64,000 nucleotides of DNA from assembly GCA_951406725.2 (NCBI GenBank), contig OX597816.1:15500001-15564000 (forward strand). Reading direction: 5' to 3'. Below the pieces are notes generated by a model. The model worked only from the letters and a program-made list of their open reading frames with translations, was not told the origin of the DNA and made no database searches. A program made the position numbers and the translations under genes. The stretch's first letter is position 1. The number at the start of each line of letters is the position of its first letter. The DNA is from Octopus vulgaris (lineage: Eukaryota). Positions 25,408 through 37,750 of this stretch are shown here, in pieces.

Positions 25408-26268
25408 GAGATATCATGGGCTTCCACATAATTTCCATCTATCATATTCACTCATAAGACACTTTGCTCAAGATGCCACACAGTGGGACTGAACCTGAAA
25501 CCATGTGGTTACAAAATGAGCTTTTGAACTACATGGACACTCTCACATGTGTGTGTGTATGTGTGTATACTATAGTAAAGAAGCAGGGGTAAAAGTAGTC
25601 AATACATTACTTAAATAGACTGATATATTCTGGGTTAATGTCCTCATCTTGGTCTTTATTGTTACAACATCGCAGCTGTTGTACTTGCCAGCCTCCCTCA
25701 GGTGCTTCTGATACTTTGTAATGTTCTATAACCACCAAGATGAGGACACTAGTTGACTATAATGATAATACCTCAGCTGAGAACTTCAAAGAAAATTTTA
25801 CTTAAATATATGTACTAACAGTTATTTATCTATTTATTTATTTATTTTTCAGTTATTTATTTATTCAATTATGTTGCAATACTGTGTGAATATTTCAAGT
25901 TTTAACATGCATATGTGCATTCCTTAAAGACACAGATATATTCACTCATATAACTTCTCATATACACAGACATAGAGCAGTGTGGTACAAATACCACTGT
26001 ACATTCAGATTTTTCTTGAAATATAATTATACTATATTACAGAGATCTACTTGCATAACATTACATATGTGTATATATACATATATATATAAGCAAAATA
26101 TATATCAAATATTTTATGTATATATTTAAGAGATCTACTTTCATATATTTAAGAGCTAAAAGAAGTTCTAAATTCTCTCTCATATATACACACACACACA
26201 CACATGTATAATATATTTATTTATATATATTTTATATATTTATTGATATATATATATATACATACATA

Positions 26269-26314
<46 letters not shown>

Positions 26315-26491
26315 AATATAATGTGTGTGTGTGTGTGAAGGGTTTGTATGTGTCATATAATCTTGTATAAGACTCAGGGGCCTTGAGTCACTAATGTGTC
26401 TTCACAGTTAATAAATGAATGAATGTGTGTGTATCTCTATATAAAGACCTGAAGAAACAGAAACTCAACATAGTGGTAATAACAACTAATA

Positions 26492-26556
<65 letters not shown>

Positions 26557-27401
26557 ATATGTATGTATATATATGATTAGACATAGACATGATTACAGAT
26601 ATACAAACACACATTCATTTGTATACCATCAACATAATGATTTTAGCATCTATTTTCCTATCGGATAAATATGAAACATAAAACATCTCATTTGTGAAAC
26701 ACACCATTCTCGAATTTGCACTTGACACCTCCTGTGCACCCCACCCTACCACCACCGCTCATGCCCTCCACCGCCACTCACACCTCCCCCACCATACTAG
26801 TCTTCCTTTGCTCGGCTTCAACAATGGTTACGCTCTTATTATCAACTAACATCGCGTCTTTTCAACCGACATCTAACAACATCCAGTACAACATATTATA
26901 TCAGATAATATTGCATCATATCATATTACAATGTGTATACACACACATGCACATGCACATATACAGACAAATACATATACACATATACAGACAAGTATAC
27001 ACACGCACACAGTTAATCTCATGCAAGCACATACAGAAATATTTGGTAATGAATGTATGTTTATATTTCAGGAAAAATCTAAATGATATGCTGCTCTATG
27101 TATACGAGTATGTCTGTATATACATATATACATACATACATTCATACACTCACATTTGTATAGACATGTACGTAGTTATTGGGAAATGAAAGTTTTATAC
27201 CATCACTTCTATTAGTTGTTAATTGAGTATTGTCACTCAAAATGTATTCACAATCCTACATACAATAAACTCTACTACTTTTATCTACTACATATATGTA
27301 TACAGAACTATGTATATCCACGTGTGTGTATATATGTTTACAATATGTGCATGTATATTTATATATTAATGTGTGTTTGTGTGTGTGTGCGTGTGTGTGT
27401 G

Positions 27402-27440
<39 letters not shown>

Positions 27441-27441
<1 letters not shown>

Positions 27442-27622
27442 TCATCATCATTATCGTTTAACGTCCACTTTCCATGCTAGCATGAGCTGGACGATTTGAT
27501 TGATGTCTGGCGAACCAGATGGCTGCACCAGACTCCAGTCAGATCCGGCAGAGTTTGTACGGCTGGATGCCCTTTCTAACGCCAACCACTCCGAGAGTGT
27601 AGTGGGTGCTTTTACATGCCAC
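27441..27622 (-). mobile_element. RTE LINE 3'-end fragment
   Basis: (ATC)n-GTTTAACGTCC...CACTCCGAGAGTGTAGTGGGTG. Confidence 0.8.
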
Positions 27623-29189
27623 TAACATGAAACACTCTTGGACAGATTGATATATATATATATGTTTATATATGTGTGTGTGTGTGTCTATAATTATTTT
27701 TCTTTAACAAGAATAGAATTGACAGTGACTTTGAAGTTCGGTCTGTTAAACCATCACTGAAGTCTCCAGTACAGTTTGCAACACATATCCATATTCATTA
27801 TTACATACAATTCTGAAAATCAAACAAATGTGAAACCGGTTAACTGCATGCATTTATATTTTCTACATATTTACATATGTACCATCATTATTTAACATTC
27901 ACTTCTCCATGCCTCCTGCATGGGGCAGAAATAATTGGTTGAGGCAGGTTTTCTACAGCCAGACATCCTTGTTTTTGCTAGCTGAGTGGACTGGAGAAGT
28001 ATAAAATAAAGCATCTTGTTCAAGGACACAACTTACCACTGCAAATTGAACTCATGACCTTATAATTGTGAGCTGAATACCCTAACCACTTGGCTACCTA
28101 CCTTCACATATCAGTTATGATACTCACAAAAGAATTGTGACAACCTTATGAATGAATCCAATATACAAATTCGTTACACACACAGTCTATTGTCTCTGCT
28201 CTCTCTCCATTTAATTATTTAATTTTCTGTAGTCTTAGCTTCTTTATCATTCTAATCTCCTTCCCTGCAGCTCCTTCACTTTATTTACCATCATTTTTTA
28301 TTCTTTTTTTTTATTTGGTATTTTTTTCACATTCAGCTCTACTTAATGCTTATTTTTAATCATTTAAAAAAAAGTATTTGTTTTCCTATGGTTATTTTTT
28401 GTATATTTATATATTTTTATGATGTGTATGTTGGTTTTCATTCATTTAAAACTATAAATCCAGCTTAATTTGTAGCTTTTATACTCTCTTGGCATGATAT
28501 GAGTTTTACATGCATTTTGAAAGAGAGAGAAAGAGAGAGTGTCTTTCTTGTACTAATATAGTTACTTAGTTACTACCTAAAGAAAGCTTGTATGCAGTTG
28601 TGTGCCATGCTAGAAATAGCAGCCAAAATTTCCTATCATATTCTACCAATGTGAGAGCTTTGATATGATTTGGATTTGCTTGAAATAGCAATCAAATCTC
28701 CCTCTAATCACATCTTATTGTCTTAAAATAATGAAAGAGTATAACTGATAATATAGTTGTAGATAAACCTTAATAAATTTGGTGGCCATGGTTGGATTGC
28801 CTTTGATTATAGATCTGCTATTCAATCAATGTCATCTGCTCTTCTGTTTGTACAAAGAATTGATTCTGTACTTCTACTAACTTGTTGCTGTTTAGCCCCA
28901 GGTCATCTCTGATCAAGTAACCTATACTCAAAGGCATCATAACTGTGATCGTCACATATTTCGGGTATATTTTTTTTTATGCAAGAAATCCAATACTTGA
29001 TTATCCAGCACGTGTCCTTCTCTATTTTCTCTTTTAAGAAAGTAAGGTAAAATTGAAGGTAATTTAGCTGCTGTTTCTAACAGACTAACCAGTCACATAG
29101 AGATTATGTTGCCAGCTTCTACTGATCTACTTCAACCCTTCAGCATTCAGAATGTTCTGTGAAATGTAATGCTTATTTATTCCCATTAA

Positions 29190-29410
29190 CCCTTTCATTA
29201 CTGTATTTATTTTGAGATGCTCTGTGTTTCTTTCAATTATTTTAAATATAATAAAGAATTCAGTAAAATAACTTACTTATCATTAAGCTAGTGTTACGAA
29301 CATAAATTGCAACTAAAGTTTGGTGGAAGATTTTAATGAAAAACTTATGAAAACAAAACATTAATACTACAGAGCCAGAGCCGTTTTTGGCCAGGCTGGT
29401 AATGAAAGGG
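29190..29410. mobile_element. piggyBac-type MITE with perfect TTAA TSD, nested in an older MITE
   Basis: TTAA-CCCTTTCATTAC ... GTAATGAAAGGG-TTAA. Confidence 0.85.
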
Positions 29411-29558
29411 TTAATCATGAATTAATCTTGAATTATCTTGTAGCTTCAAGATTCCGATGACATGGTTATTATTTTTAGAATGGCATTGTAGGGTGGGTGT
29501 GAAGGGCCAGATTTGTCCAGTTTAAACATAAAGCAGTAGAATATTTTAGCTGGATATG

Positions 29559-30033
29559 AAATCAAATCTGATGACTGGCATCTGTGCTAGTGGAGCGCTA
29601 AGAGCACCATCTGAGCGTGATCGTTGCCAGAGCAACGAACTGGCTTCCATGTCGGTGGCACATAAAAAGCACCATTTGAGCGTGATCATTATCTGCATCG
29701 CCTTACTGGCACTTGTGCTAGTGGAACGTGAAAAAACATTCAAGCGAGGTCGTTGCCAGTGCCACTGGACTGGCTCCTGAGCAGGTGGCACATAAAAAGC
29801 ACCATTTGAGCATGGCCGTTGCCAGTACTGCCTGACTGGCCCTCATGCCAGTGGCACATAAAAGTATCCACTACACTCTCGGAGTGGTTGGCAGGTTGGA
29901 GTTAGGAAGGGCGTCCAGCTGTAGAAACTCTACCAGATCAGATTGGAGCCTGGTGCAGCCATCTGGTTCGCCAGACCCCAGTTGAACCGTCCAATCCATG
30001 CTAGGATGGAAAGCAGACATTAAATGATGATGA
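29559..30033 (+). mobile_element. RTE LINE 3'-UTR fragment
   Basis: Repeated GTGGCACATAAAAAGCACC units, then the shared terminal block and GATGATGA tail. Confidence 0.82.
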
Positions 30034-31087
30034 GGAGGAGGATTGTCATTCAAGGGTTAAAGTGTATGTTGATGACTTTGCTTTGCTGTGTTTTTCTCTG
30101 TATGAATATGAGATGTTATGTTTCATTTCAGTCAATCATTAATTACTTATTACTCAATCTCATCAATGTATGTAATGATTAGGACAACAAAGGGATTCTC
30201 TGAATCAGGGCCCTTAGCTGCAGGTGAAATTCCGCCCACTTTCAAATTTGAAATCACCTGCTAAGCTTTAAGATCAAAACAATAATTTAAATAAGCTTCA
30301 TATCCTATAATTATGTGAAATTAAAGATTAATTTTCTCAGTACACATGTACTTTACAAGTCCTTATACACTTTTAGTTCACTCCTGGTTTTCACAGTTGC
30401 TCCCATTTGTGAATTTGTTTACAAAATCAAAAACAACATATCACCCATGACTTTTGGAAACACTTCTTCACACTGAGAATTGTCAAAGTATGGAAGAAAA
30501 AAGCTGAAGAAGTAAAGGCTCATAGCCTAATGGCTAGGATGCTGCACTTTCAATCACAAGACTATGGTTTCGATTCTTGGACCAGGTAGTGCTTTGTGTT
30601 CTTGAGCAAAGCATTACTTCAGTCCATTCAGCTGTAAACAAGTAATCCTTTGAGAAACTGGCATACTGCTCAGGGGGAAATGTTGTGATCATGGTCACTT
30701 TATTTGTCATGGGAAACTGGGTAACTGGGTTTATGAGTTTTAGGACTTAAGATAGTAATGTCCAGCAGTTTATGATGATTGTCAGCTGTTAAGGTATGCA
30801 GAGTGACTGCTGGTCTTCTAGAAACAACCTTGCCTGGACTTGTGCCTCAGAAGGTAACTTTCTAGGTGCGATTCCATGTTCATTCACGACTGAAAGGGGT
30901 CTTTACCCTTTTACCCAGCTCTATCAATTAATTGTTGTAGATCCCAGTAGTATGTCTTTCCCAATGTGTAATTGCTGCTGTTAGTTTTTGTCAGAAGACC
31001 AATAATGGAGAACACTTTGTGCTGTCAATAAATTTTCTTTCAAATGTTCATGAGTGTTGTTAATTACTTCTACCTCAAAAAAAAAGT

Positions 31088-31328
31088 TCCTTCCCGAGTC
31101 ATATAGATTCATAGGGGCCAGTTTCCTGGTTTCCATGGTATATATATTCACCACCTGGATGGGACACTAGTCACCACAGGATTACGCACTTTTACCAGCT
31201 GAGTGGACTGGAGCTTTGTGAAATTAAGTGTTTTGCTCAAGAATAGAATGCATCGCCTGGCCCAGGAATCGAAACTACAATCTTATGATCATGAGTCCAA
31301 CACCCTAACCACTAAGCTATGTGCCTCC
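31088..31328 (-). mobile_element. SINE family C copy
   Basis: Homologous to 14041-14282 (CCAGCTGAGTGGACTGGAGC...CCCTAACCACTAAGCTATGTGCCTCC). Confidence 0.75.
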
Positions 31329-32756
31329 ACGATTACTTCTCCAAGCAGTCCTATAAATAAATTTTCAATCCCCAGCAGCAAACAACTACTTGTGATATGT
31401 AAGAAATACTGTAAGGTATTTTTGTCCCCTATTCCAGTGATTCGGCCAATTCTTTGCCACATAGAATAACAATTATTGTTTCAAATTTTGGTACAAGGCC
31501 AGCACTTGCAGAAGAGGAGGTTAGTCAATTACATCAGCTCCAGTACTCAACTGGTATTTTATTTTGTTGGACTCAGAGGGACAAAATGGCAAAGTCAAGC
31601 TTGACAATGAGCCCCAAATTTTGGGAAGAAGGTTTGTAGATCAAATCAAACACAGAACTTGGCTTGGTGTTTTAATTCATCAATCTCAAAAATATGAAAA
31701 GCAATGATAAACTTAGGTGAGATTTGAACTCATTTCATAGAAATTTGAATGTAAAAAGCCACAAGAAAATACTGCAAGGCAGTTCATCTGATGTTTTAAC
31801 AATTCTGCCAATAATAATCTCTATTCACTGTGAAATGGTAACAATGAAAGAGCTTGAATATAAGAGGAAAACCTTTGTGGCAAGGGATTCTTCAGTGTTA
31901 GCATTCCTTAGTAATTCAGCTGTTATGTTACCAACACACTTAATACAACCAACATATAGACACCCTAAGCCTAAGGATTAAGAAAAATAACAGAACAAAA
32001 CTAACAAAAACTGGTGACTTATCATCACTCTACCTAATATTAGCAACATACTATCACCACTCAGCCTATCAGATTACAATATTTGCATTATAGATGTCTC
32101 CAGAAAATATCTTCTGTAGATTATTTCTCGAGAAATATTATTAATAAACTGAATGTAAATCTGTAAAATCGGAAATCCTTGACAAGGGGACAAACAAGAT
32201 TTGTTTGTTGACCTTGCGGTAAACAATTTGTGATTAGTTACAAGAAGAAATCTAGGTGACGTTTCAAGTCGTAAGAGGGTGGAGGAATAGTATTTCTCGT
32301 TATAATTAGCTGAAAAGTATTTAGTGTGGAACTAACCGTCTTGTTGAGAATGCAAGGAGATTGTTTTTGTTGTTTTATATTTTTAACTAGCTTTCTCCTT
32401 TCTCTTTCGTTCTTTCTTACTTTCTTTCTTCTTTTCTTTCGTTTATAGATCCAAGAAATAGAACAGAAAAATATATCTCTTCTTTTATCTGTTTCAGTCA
32501 TTAGACTGTGGGCCATGCTGGGGCATTACCTTGTAGGGTTTAGCTAAATAAATCGATCACAGTACTTATTCTTAAGTCCACTACTTATTCCATTGGTCTA
32601 CTTTGCCAAACCACTAAGTTATAGGGATGTAAGCAAGCCAACATCAGTTTTCATGTTGTGGCCTGGTAACAAACACAACACAAAGACACACACACATATA
32701 TATATGTGTGTGTGTATGTATATATATATATGTGTATGTGTGTGTATGTATATATA

Positions 32757-32787
<31 letters not shown>

Positions 32788-32836
32788 ATGTATATATATG
32801 TATATATGTGTGTGTATATGTGTGTGTATGTATATA

Positions 32837-33166
32837 TCATCATCATCATCGTTGAGCGTCCGCTTTCCATGCTAGCATGGGTTGGACGGTTCAACTTGGG
32901 TCTGGGAAGCCAGAAGGCTGCACCAGGCCCAGTTTGATCTGGCAATGTTTCTACAGCTGGATGTCCTTCCTAACGCCAACCACTCCATGAGTGTAGTGGG
33001 TGCTTTTTACGTGCCACCGGCACAGGTGCCAGATGAGTCTGGCAAATGGCCACGATCGGATGGTGCTTTTTATGTGCTACTGGCACGGGGCCAGGCAAGG
33101 CTGGCAACGGCCACGAACGGATGGTGCTTTTTACGTGCCACCGGCACGGGGGCCAGGCGGTCCGCT
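32837..33166 (-). mobile_element. RTE LINE 3'-UTR fragment inserted in the internal microsatellite of a SINE A copy (~32478-33345)
   Basis: TATATA-(TCA)n...GTGCCACCGGCAC units...TATATATA; SINE halves on both sides. Confidence 0.85.
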
Positions 33167-34414
33167 TATATATACAATGAGCTTCCACAGAATTTCTGTC
33201 TACAAGATGCACTCACAAGGCATTTGTCATCCCAGGGCCATAATATAAGTCACTTTCTCAAGGTGCTACCTTGTAGGACTGAACCCAAGACCATGTGGTT
33301 GCAAAGCAAGCCTCTTAATCACAGAGCCATTTTCTGTGCCTCTGTATAAAATGCAAACACCCACATACTTTCATTTGAAATTTTCAAATAGATTCACAAA
33401 TAGATTTCTTGATTGAATTTCTCATTTGAGTATATGCAGCAATGTGCATGCACACTATGCACATGTGTGTGTGTATATATACATATAAACATGAAGACAT
33501 CCACATGTACATAAATATAAATATATATATACATATATATATAGAGAGAGAGGGGGGAGAGAAAATATACAAGTTTCTGTCATATTAATATATATTAATG
33601 TACATGTGTTTATGTATGTATATTTGGGTATGTATACATGTACACAAACATATACGTATTAATATACATACACACAGAAGCACATATGTAAACATGGAAA
33701 ATGCATGTGTATGCTCTCCATGGTATATCGAAGTTCCTCCAAATGAAATATTTAATCACCAAGATTAAATATTGCTAATTAGGCTCAATTACTAATTAGG
33801 AATTAAAAGCTGTGACCAATGTCTATGAAATGAAATAAATAGAAAATGAAAGATTAATACATTCATATGGAGAAAGTATACACTAAATACATACACACAC
33901 ACATATATGTATGTATACATACATATATATATATTTATACACACACACACACAAGGGAGTGAGAGAGACATATACAGGAGAACCCTCCACCACCACAATA
34001 ATTATAGGTGTGTGTGTTTGTGTATGTATATGCATGCATTTATACATAAAAGCTTGTATATGTCTATATATGTGTATGTATATATATAGGCACATATACA
34101 CATAACATATACACACATAAATATACAGATGTATATATGCTCACCCATACAGTTACATATACACATACATATGTACATTCGTTTTTCACATTATCATCAT
34201 AGAAATATATGTGCATGCATGAACATGTATATACATATATACACACACACATATGTGTATAAATATGCATATATGTATATTTATAAATATGCACAGAAAT
34301 ATCCATGGTTCTGGGTTCAGTCCCTCTGCAGAGTACCTTGCCTCTTCCACTATTGCCTCAGGTCGACTAAAGCTTTGTGAGTGAATTTGAAAGATGAAAA
34401 CTGAAAGAAGAGAA

Positions 34415-34455
<41 letters not shown>

Positions 34456-34480
34456 GGAGAGAAACACACACACACAGATA

Positions 34481-34795
34481 CAGTGATGAAATGATTCGAA
34501 CTTAGAATCCGATGTCTTACAGGGGATCAATTCCTTGAGGTACAGAATGGCTATGAGGGGGATCAAGCTTGAGCAGATATAGAGGCAATTATGTGGATAA
34601 ACAAATTAGATATATGAAATATAACCGTTTGGGTATGAAATACAAACTGTTATATTTAATATATTTAATTCGTTTATCTGCTTAATTGCTTCCATGTCTG
34701 CTCAACTTGATCTCTTTTATAGCTATTCTTTACCCCAAGGAATTGATCCTCTGTAAGACATCGGACTCTAAGTTCAAATCGTTTGAGTATTACTG
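34481..34795. mobile_element. Fully palindromic ~315-bp MITE/foldback (CAGT...ACTG ends)
   Basis: TTCGAACTTAGAATCCGATGTCTTACAGGGGATCAATTCCTTG pairs with CAAGGAATTGATCCTCTGTAAGACATCGGACTCTAAGTTCAAA; pairing continues to the centre near 34637. Confidence 0.85.
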
Positions 34796-34981
34796 TCGTT
34801 AGCTCCTACACGTATTTTTTTTCTCTCCTTGTTTCTCTTCTGTGTATATTTCTGTTGAAGAGCGTAGGCTCAAAACGCAAAAGACTTGTTCTATTTCTAT
34901 TCCTGAGCGCCATACTAATACATTTGTTTGTTTGTACCCCACCTGCCTTCATCTTTTGTTTATTTTCGTAAACCTTCCCGT
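34796..34981 (+). mobile_element. HH-2 family copy (hammerhead-like motif 34849-34885)
   Basis: ttt-CTGTTGA-A-GAGC-gtag-GCTC-AAAAC-GCA-aaag; 3' end CTTCCCGT followed by (TA)n, as at 3086. Confidence 0.7.
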
Positions 34982-35014
<33 letters not shown>

Positions 35015-35022
35015 TTAAATAT

Positions 35023-35060
<38 letters not shown>

Positions 35061-35079
35061 GAGATATCATTGTTGAATA

Positions 35080-35346
35080 GACTATGCTTGAGAAGACCTG
35101 TTGGGTCAAATGAAATTATTGTCATAGCCGATTCCAATGCCGCTTGACCGGCACCTGTGCCGGCAGCACGTAAAAAGCACCCACTACTCTCTCAGAGTGG
35201 TTGGCATTAGGAAGGGCATCCAGCTGTAGAAACACTGCCAGATCAGATTGTAGCCTGGTGCAGCCTTCTGGCTTGTCGGTCCTGAGTTAAACTGTCCAAC
35301 CCATGCCAGCATGGAAAGCAAACATTAACCGATGATGATGATGATG
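35080..35346 (+). mobile_element. RTE LINE 3'-UTR fragment followed by a SINE A 3' half (35347-35575)
   Basis: GAAGACCTGTTG...CACCCACTACTCTCTCAGAGTGG...GATGATGATG. Confidence 0.8.
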
Positions 35347-35699
35347 AGAGTGTGTATCTTTGTGTCTGTGTTTGTCCTCCACTGCCACTTGACAACCAGT
35401 GTTGTTGTGTTTACATCCCCACATCTTAGTGGTTCAGCAAAAGACACTGATAGAATAAGTACTAGGCTTTACAAATAAGTCCTGGGTTTGATTCGTTCAA
35501 CAAAAATTTTTCAAGGCAGTGCACCAGCATGGCCACAGTCTAATAACTAAAACAAGTAAAAGATAAAATATAAAGATACATTTACATATGTGTGTGTATA
35601 TACATGTGCTATATACACAAATGTATGAACATGTATGTATACATATGTATATGATGAATATGAACTATGCACCTACAATACAACACCCCCACACACAAA

Positions 35700-35843
35700 G
35701 GTGATACTCTTGCATGGCCAAAGTCCAATGGCTGAAACTAGGAAATGAATGAAAAATACTCATGCTCACACACACACACAGGTGATGCTCTAGCATGGCC
35801 AAGTCCAGTGGCTGAAACTAGGAAATGAATGAAAATACGCATG

Positions 35844-35877
<34 letters not shown>

Positions 35878-35946
35878 TAGGTGATACCCCCCAGCATGGC
35901 CAAAGTCCAATGGCTGAAACTAGGAAATGAATGAAAAATAATCATG

Positions 35947-36030
<84 letters not shown>

Positions 36031-36124
36031 CTCTCTCATAGAGGTGATGCCCCAGCATGGCCAAAGTCCAATGGCTGAAACTAGGAAATGAATGAAAAAT
36101 ACTCATGCTCACACACACACACAC
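35700..36124 (+). repeat. Four tandem copies of a ~68-bp SINE A tail module separated by variable (CT)/(CA) spacers
   Basis: GGTGAT...GCATGGCCAAAGTCCAATGGCTGAAACTAGGAAATGAATGAAAAATA at 35700, 35781, 35880 and 36043. Confidence 0.9.
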
Positions 36125-36468
36125 AAATACCTACATGCATGCACACTCACATGTCCAAATATAAATGCTTTTGTTTACTATGTCCTTGTGACTTGCATGT
36201 GCACTCATGTGTATATATATATGAAGCGAGAAAGAAAAAGAGAGAGCGAGCGAGAGAGTAGGAGAAAGAGAGAGAACATTAGAAACTCTCTCCCCTCCTC
36301 CTCTCTCTCACTCTATACAGCTGTTGTTTTGGTCTGCCCCAGCAATATGGCACACAGCCTAAAAATTAGATTCAACCTTCTTAGATCTCTACAGCTCTAA
36401 TTTTCTCAAGGTTAAGTGAAAAAAAAAGAAGGTAAAGGTATATAGAAAGCACATATATTTGTGTGTGT

Positions 36469-36522
<54 letters not shown>

Positions 36523-37338
36523 CATACACACACTTTCACATTCATATGTATATAGACTCATATTCATACAAACACCCACATTTTATTGGAGTGTTTGCAA
36601 GTTGCAGTATTTTTTCACATGGCAAATATCCCATGTTTCAGTACATTTCTATGATATTATTTGCTATTCTTCTGTTGGACTAATCTTTCATCTGTAATTC
36701 TTTCATATTTCATTTTATCATTTCATGCTATATATTTAAAAGGGTTTTGTTTTTTTCTTTTTTTAGCATCACCTTCTTTTTCTATCATGTTAGAACATGT
36801 TAGTTTTTTTATATATTTATTCTCTTGTATGTTAAAAAAAAATAAGGTAAAAAAATATACCAAAAGTTATCAACAAAAAAAATGTATAATTTATACAATA
36901 CAAACAGTATATTTGAGAGATATTTAATTACATTGCATTCTTAATACTTAGTAGTGATGTATTCACATAAAACTCAGATCAAAACAAACATGTTTTTCTT
37001 GTATTGTTAAGGTTGTTTTGTGACTCTGGGCAATCTTGATTAAGCCGACCTATCACAAGTATATAATCAGTTGAATGACTATGTACAATCCACTGATCCA
37101 TTGTTCCATATATTAAAGTGACTCCATCTACTGGACACTTTAGTATGCATTGGTTTATCATATGCGTGGTGGGTGCAGTGTTGCCATGTAAGCAAGTTAT
37201 CTTTTGTCGTACATCTTTTATGTCATTTTTCCTTGGCTTTAGGTTTTGTAGTTTTATCTGTTGTTCTCCTGCACTTGCTTCTGCCAGAATGTATCCACTG
37301 GCATATTTAAAAGAGGGATAAGGGTATGGTCCACTGCA

Positions 37339-37750
37339 ATGAGCTGGCAGAAACGTTAGCACGCCGGGTAAAATGCTTTGCGGTATTTCGTCTGCTGCTA
37401 CATTCTGAGTTCAAATTCTGCCGAGGTCGACTTTGCCTTTCATCCTCTCAGGGTCAATTAAATAAGTACCAGTTACGCACTGGAGTCGGATGTAATCGAC
37501 TTAATACCTATGTCTGTCCTTGTTTGTCCTCTCGGTGTTTAGCCCCTTGTGGGTAGTAAAGAAATAGGTATTTCGTCTGCTGCTACGTTCTGAGTTCAAA
37601 TTCCGCCGAGGTCGACTTTGCCTTTTGTCCTTTCGGGGTCAATTAAATAAGTACCAGTTACACACTGGGGTCGATATAATCGACTTAATCCGTTTGTCTG
37701 TCCTTGTTTGGCCTCTCTGTGTTTAGCCCCTTGTGGGTAGTAAAGAAATA
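37339..37750 (+). mobile_element. SINE family B head-to-tail dimer with 16-bp TSD
   Basis: Unit repeats at 37382 and 37567; TSD GGTATGGTCCACT(G/C)CA at 37323-37338 and 37751-37766. Confidence 0.9.

Noticed and set aside
35700-36124. CRISPR-like repeat-spacer appearance
   Set aside because: Eukaryotic context, repeats are SINE tails, spacers are microsatellites, and there are no cas genes.
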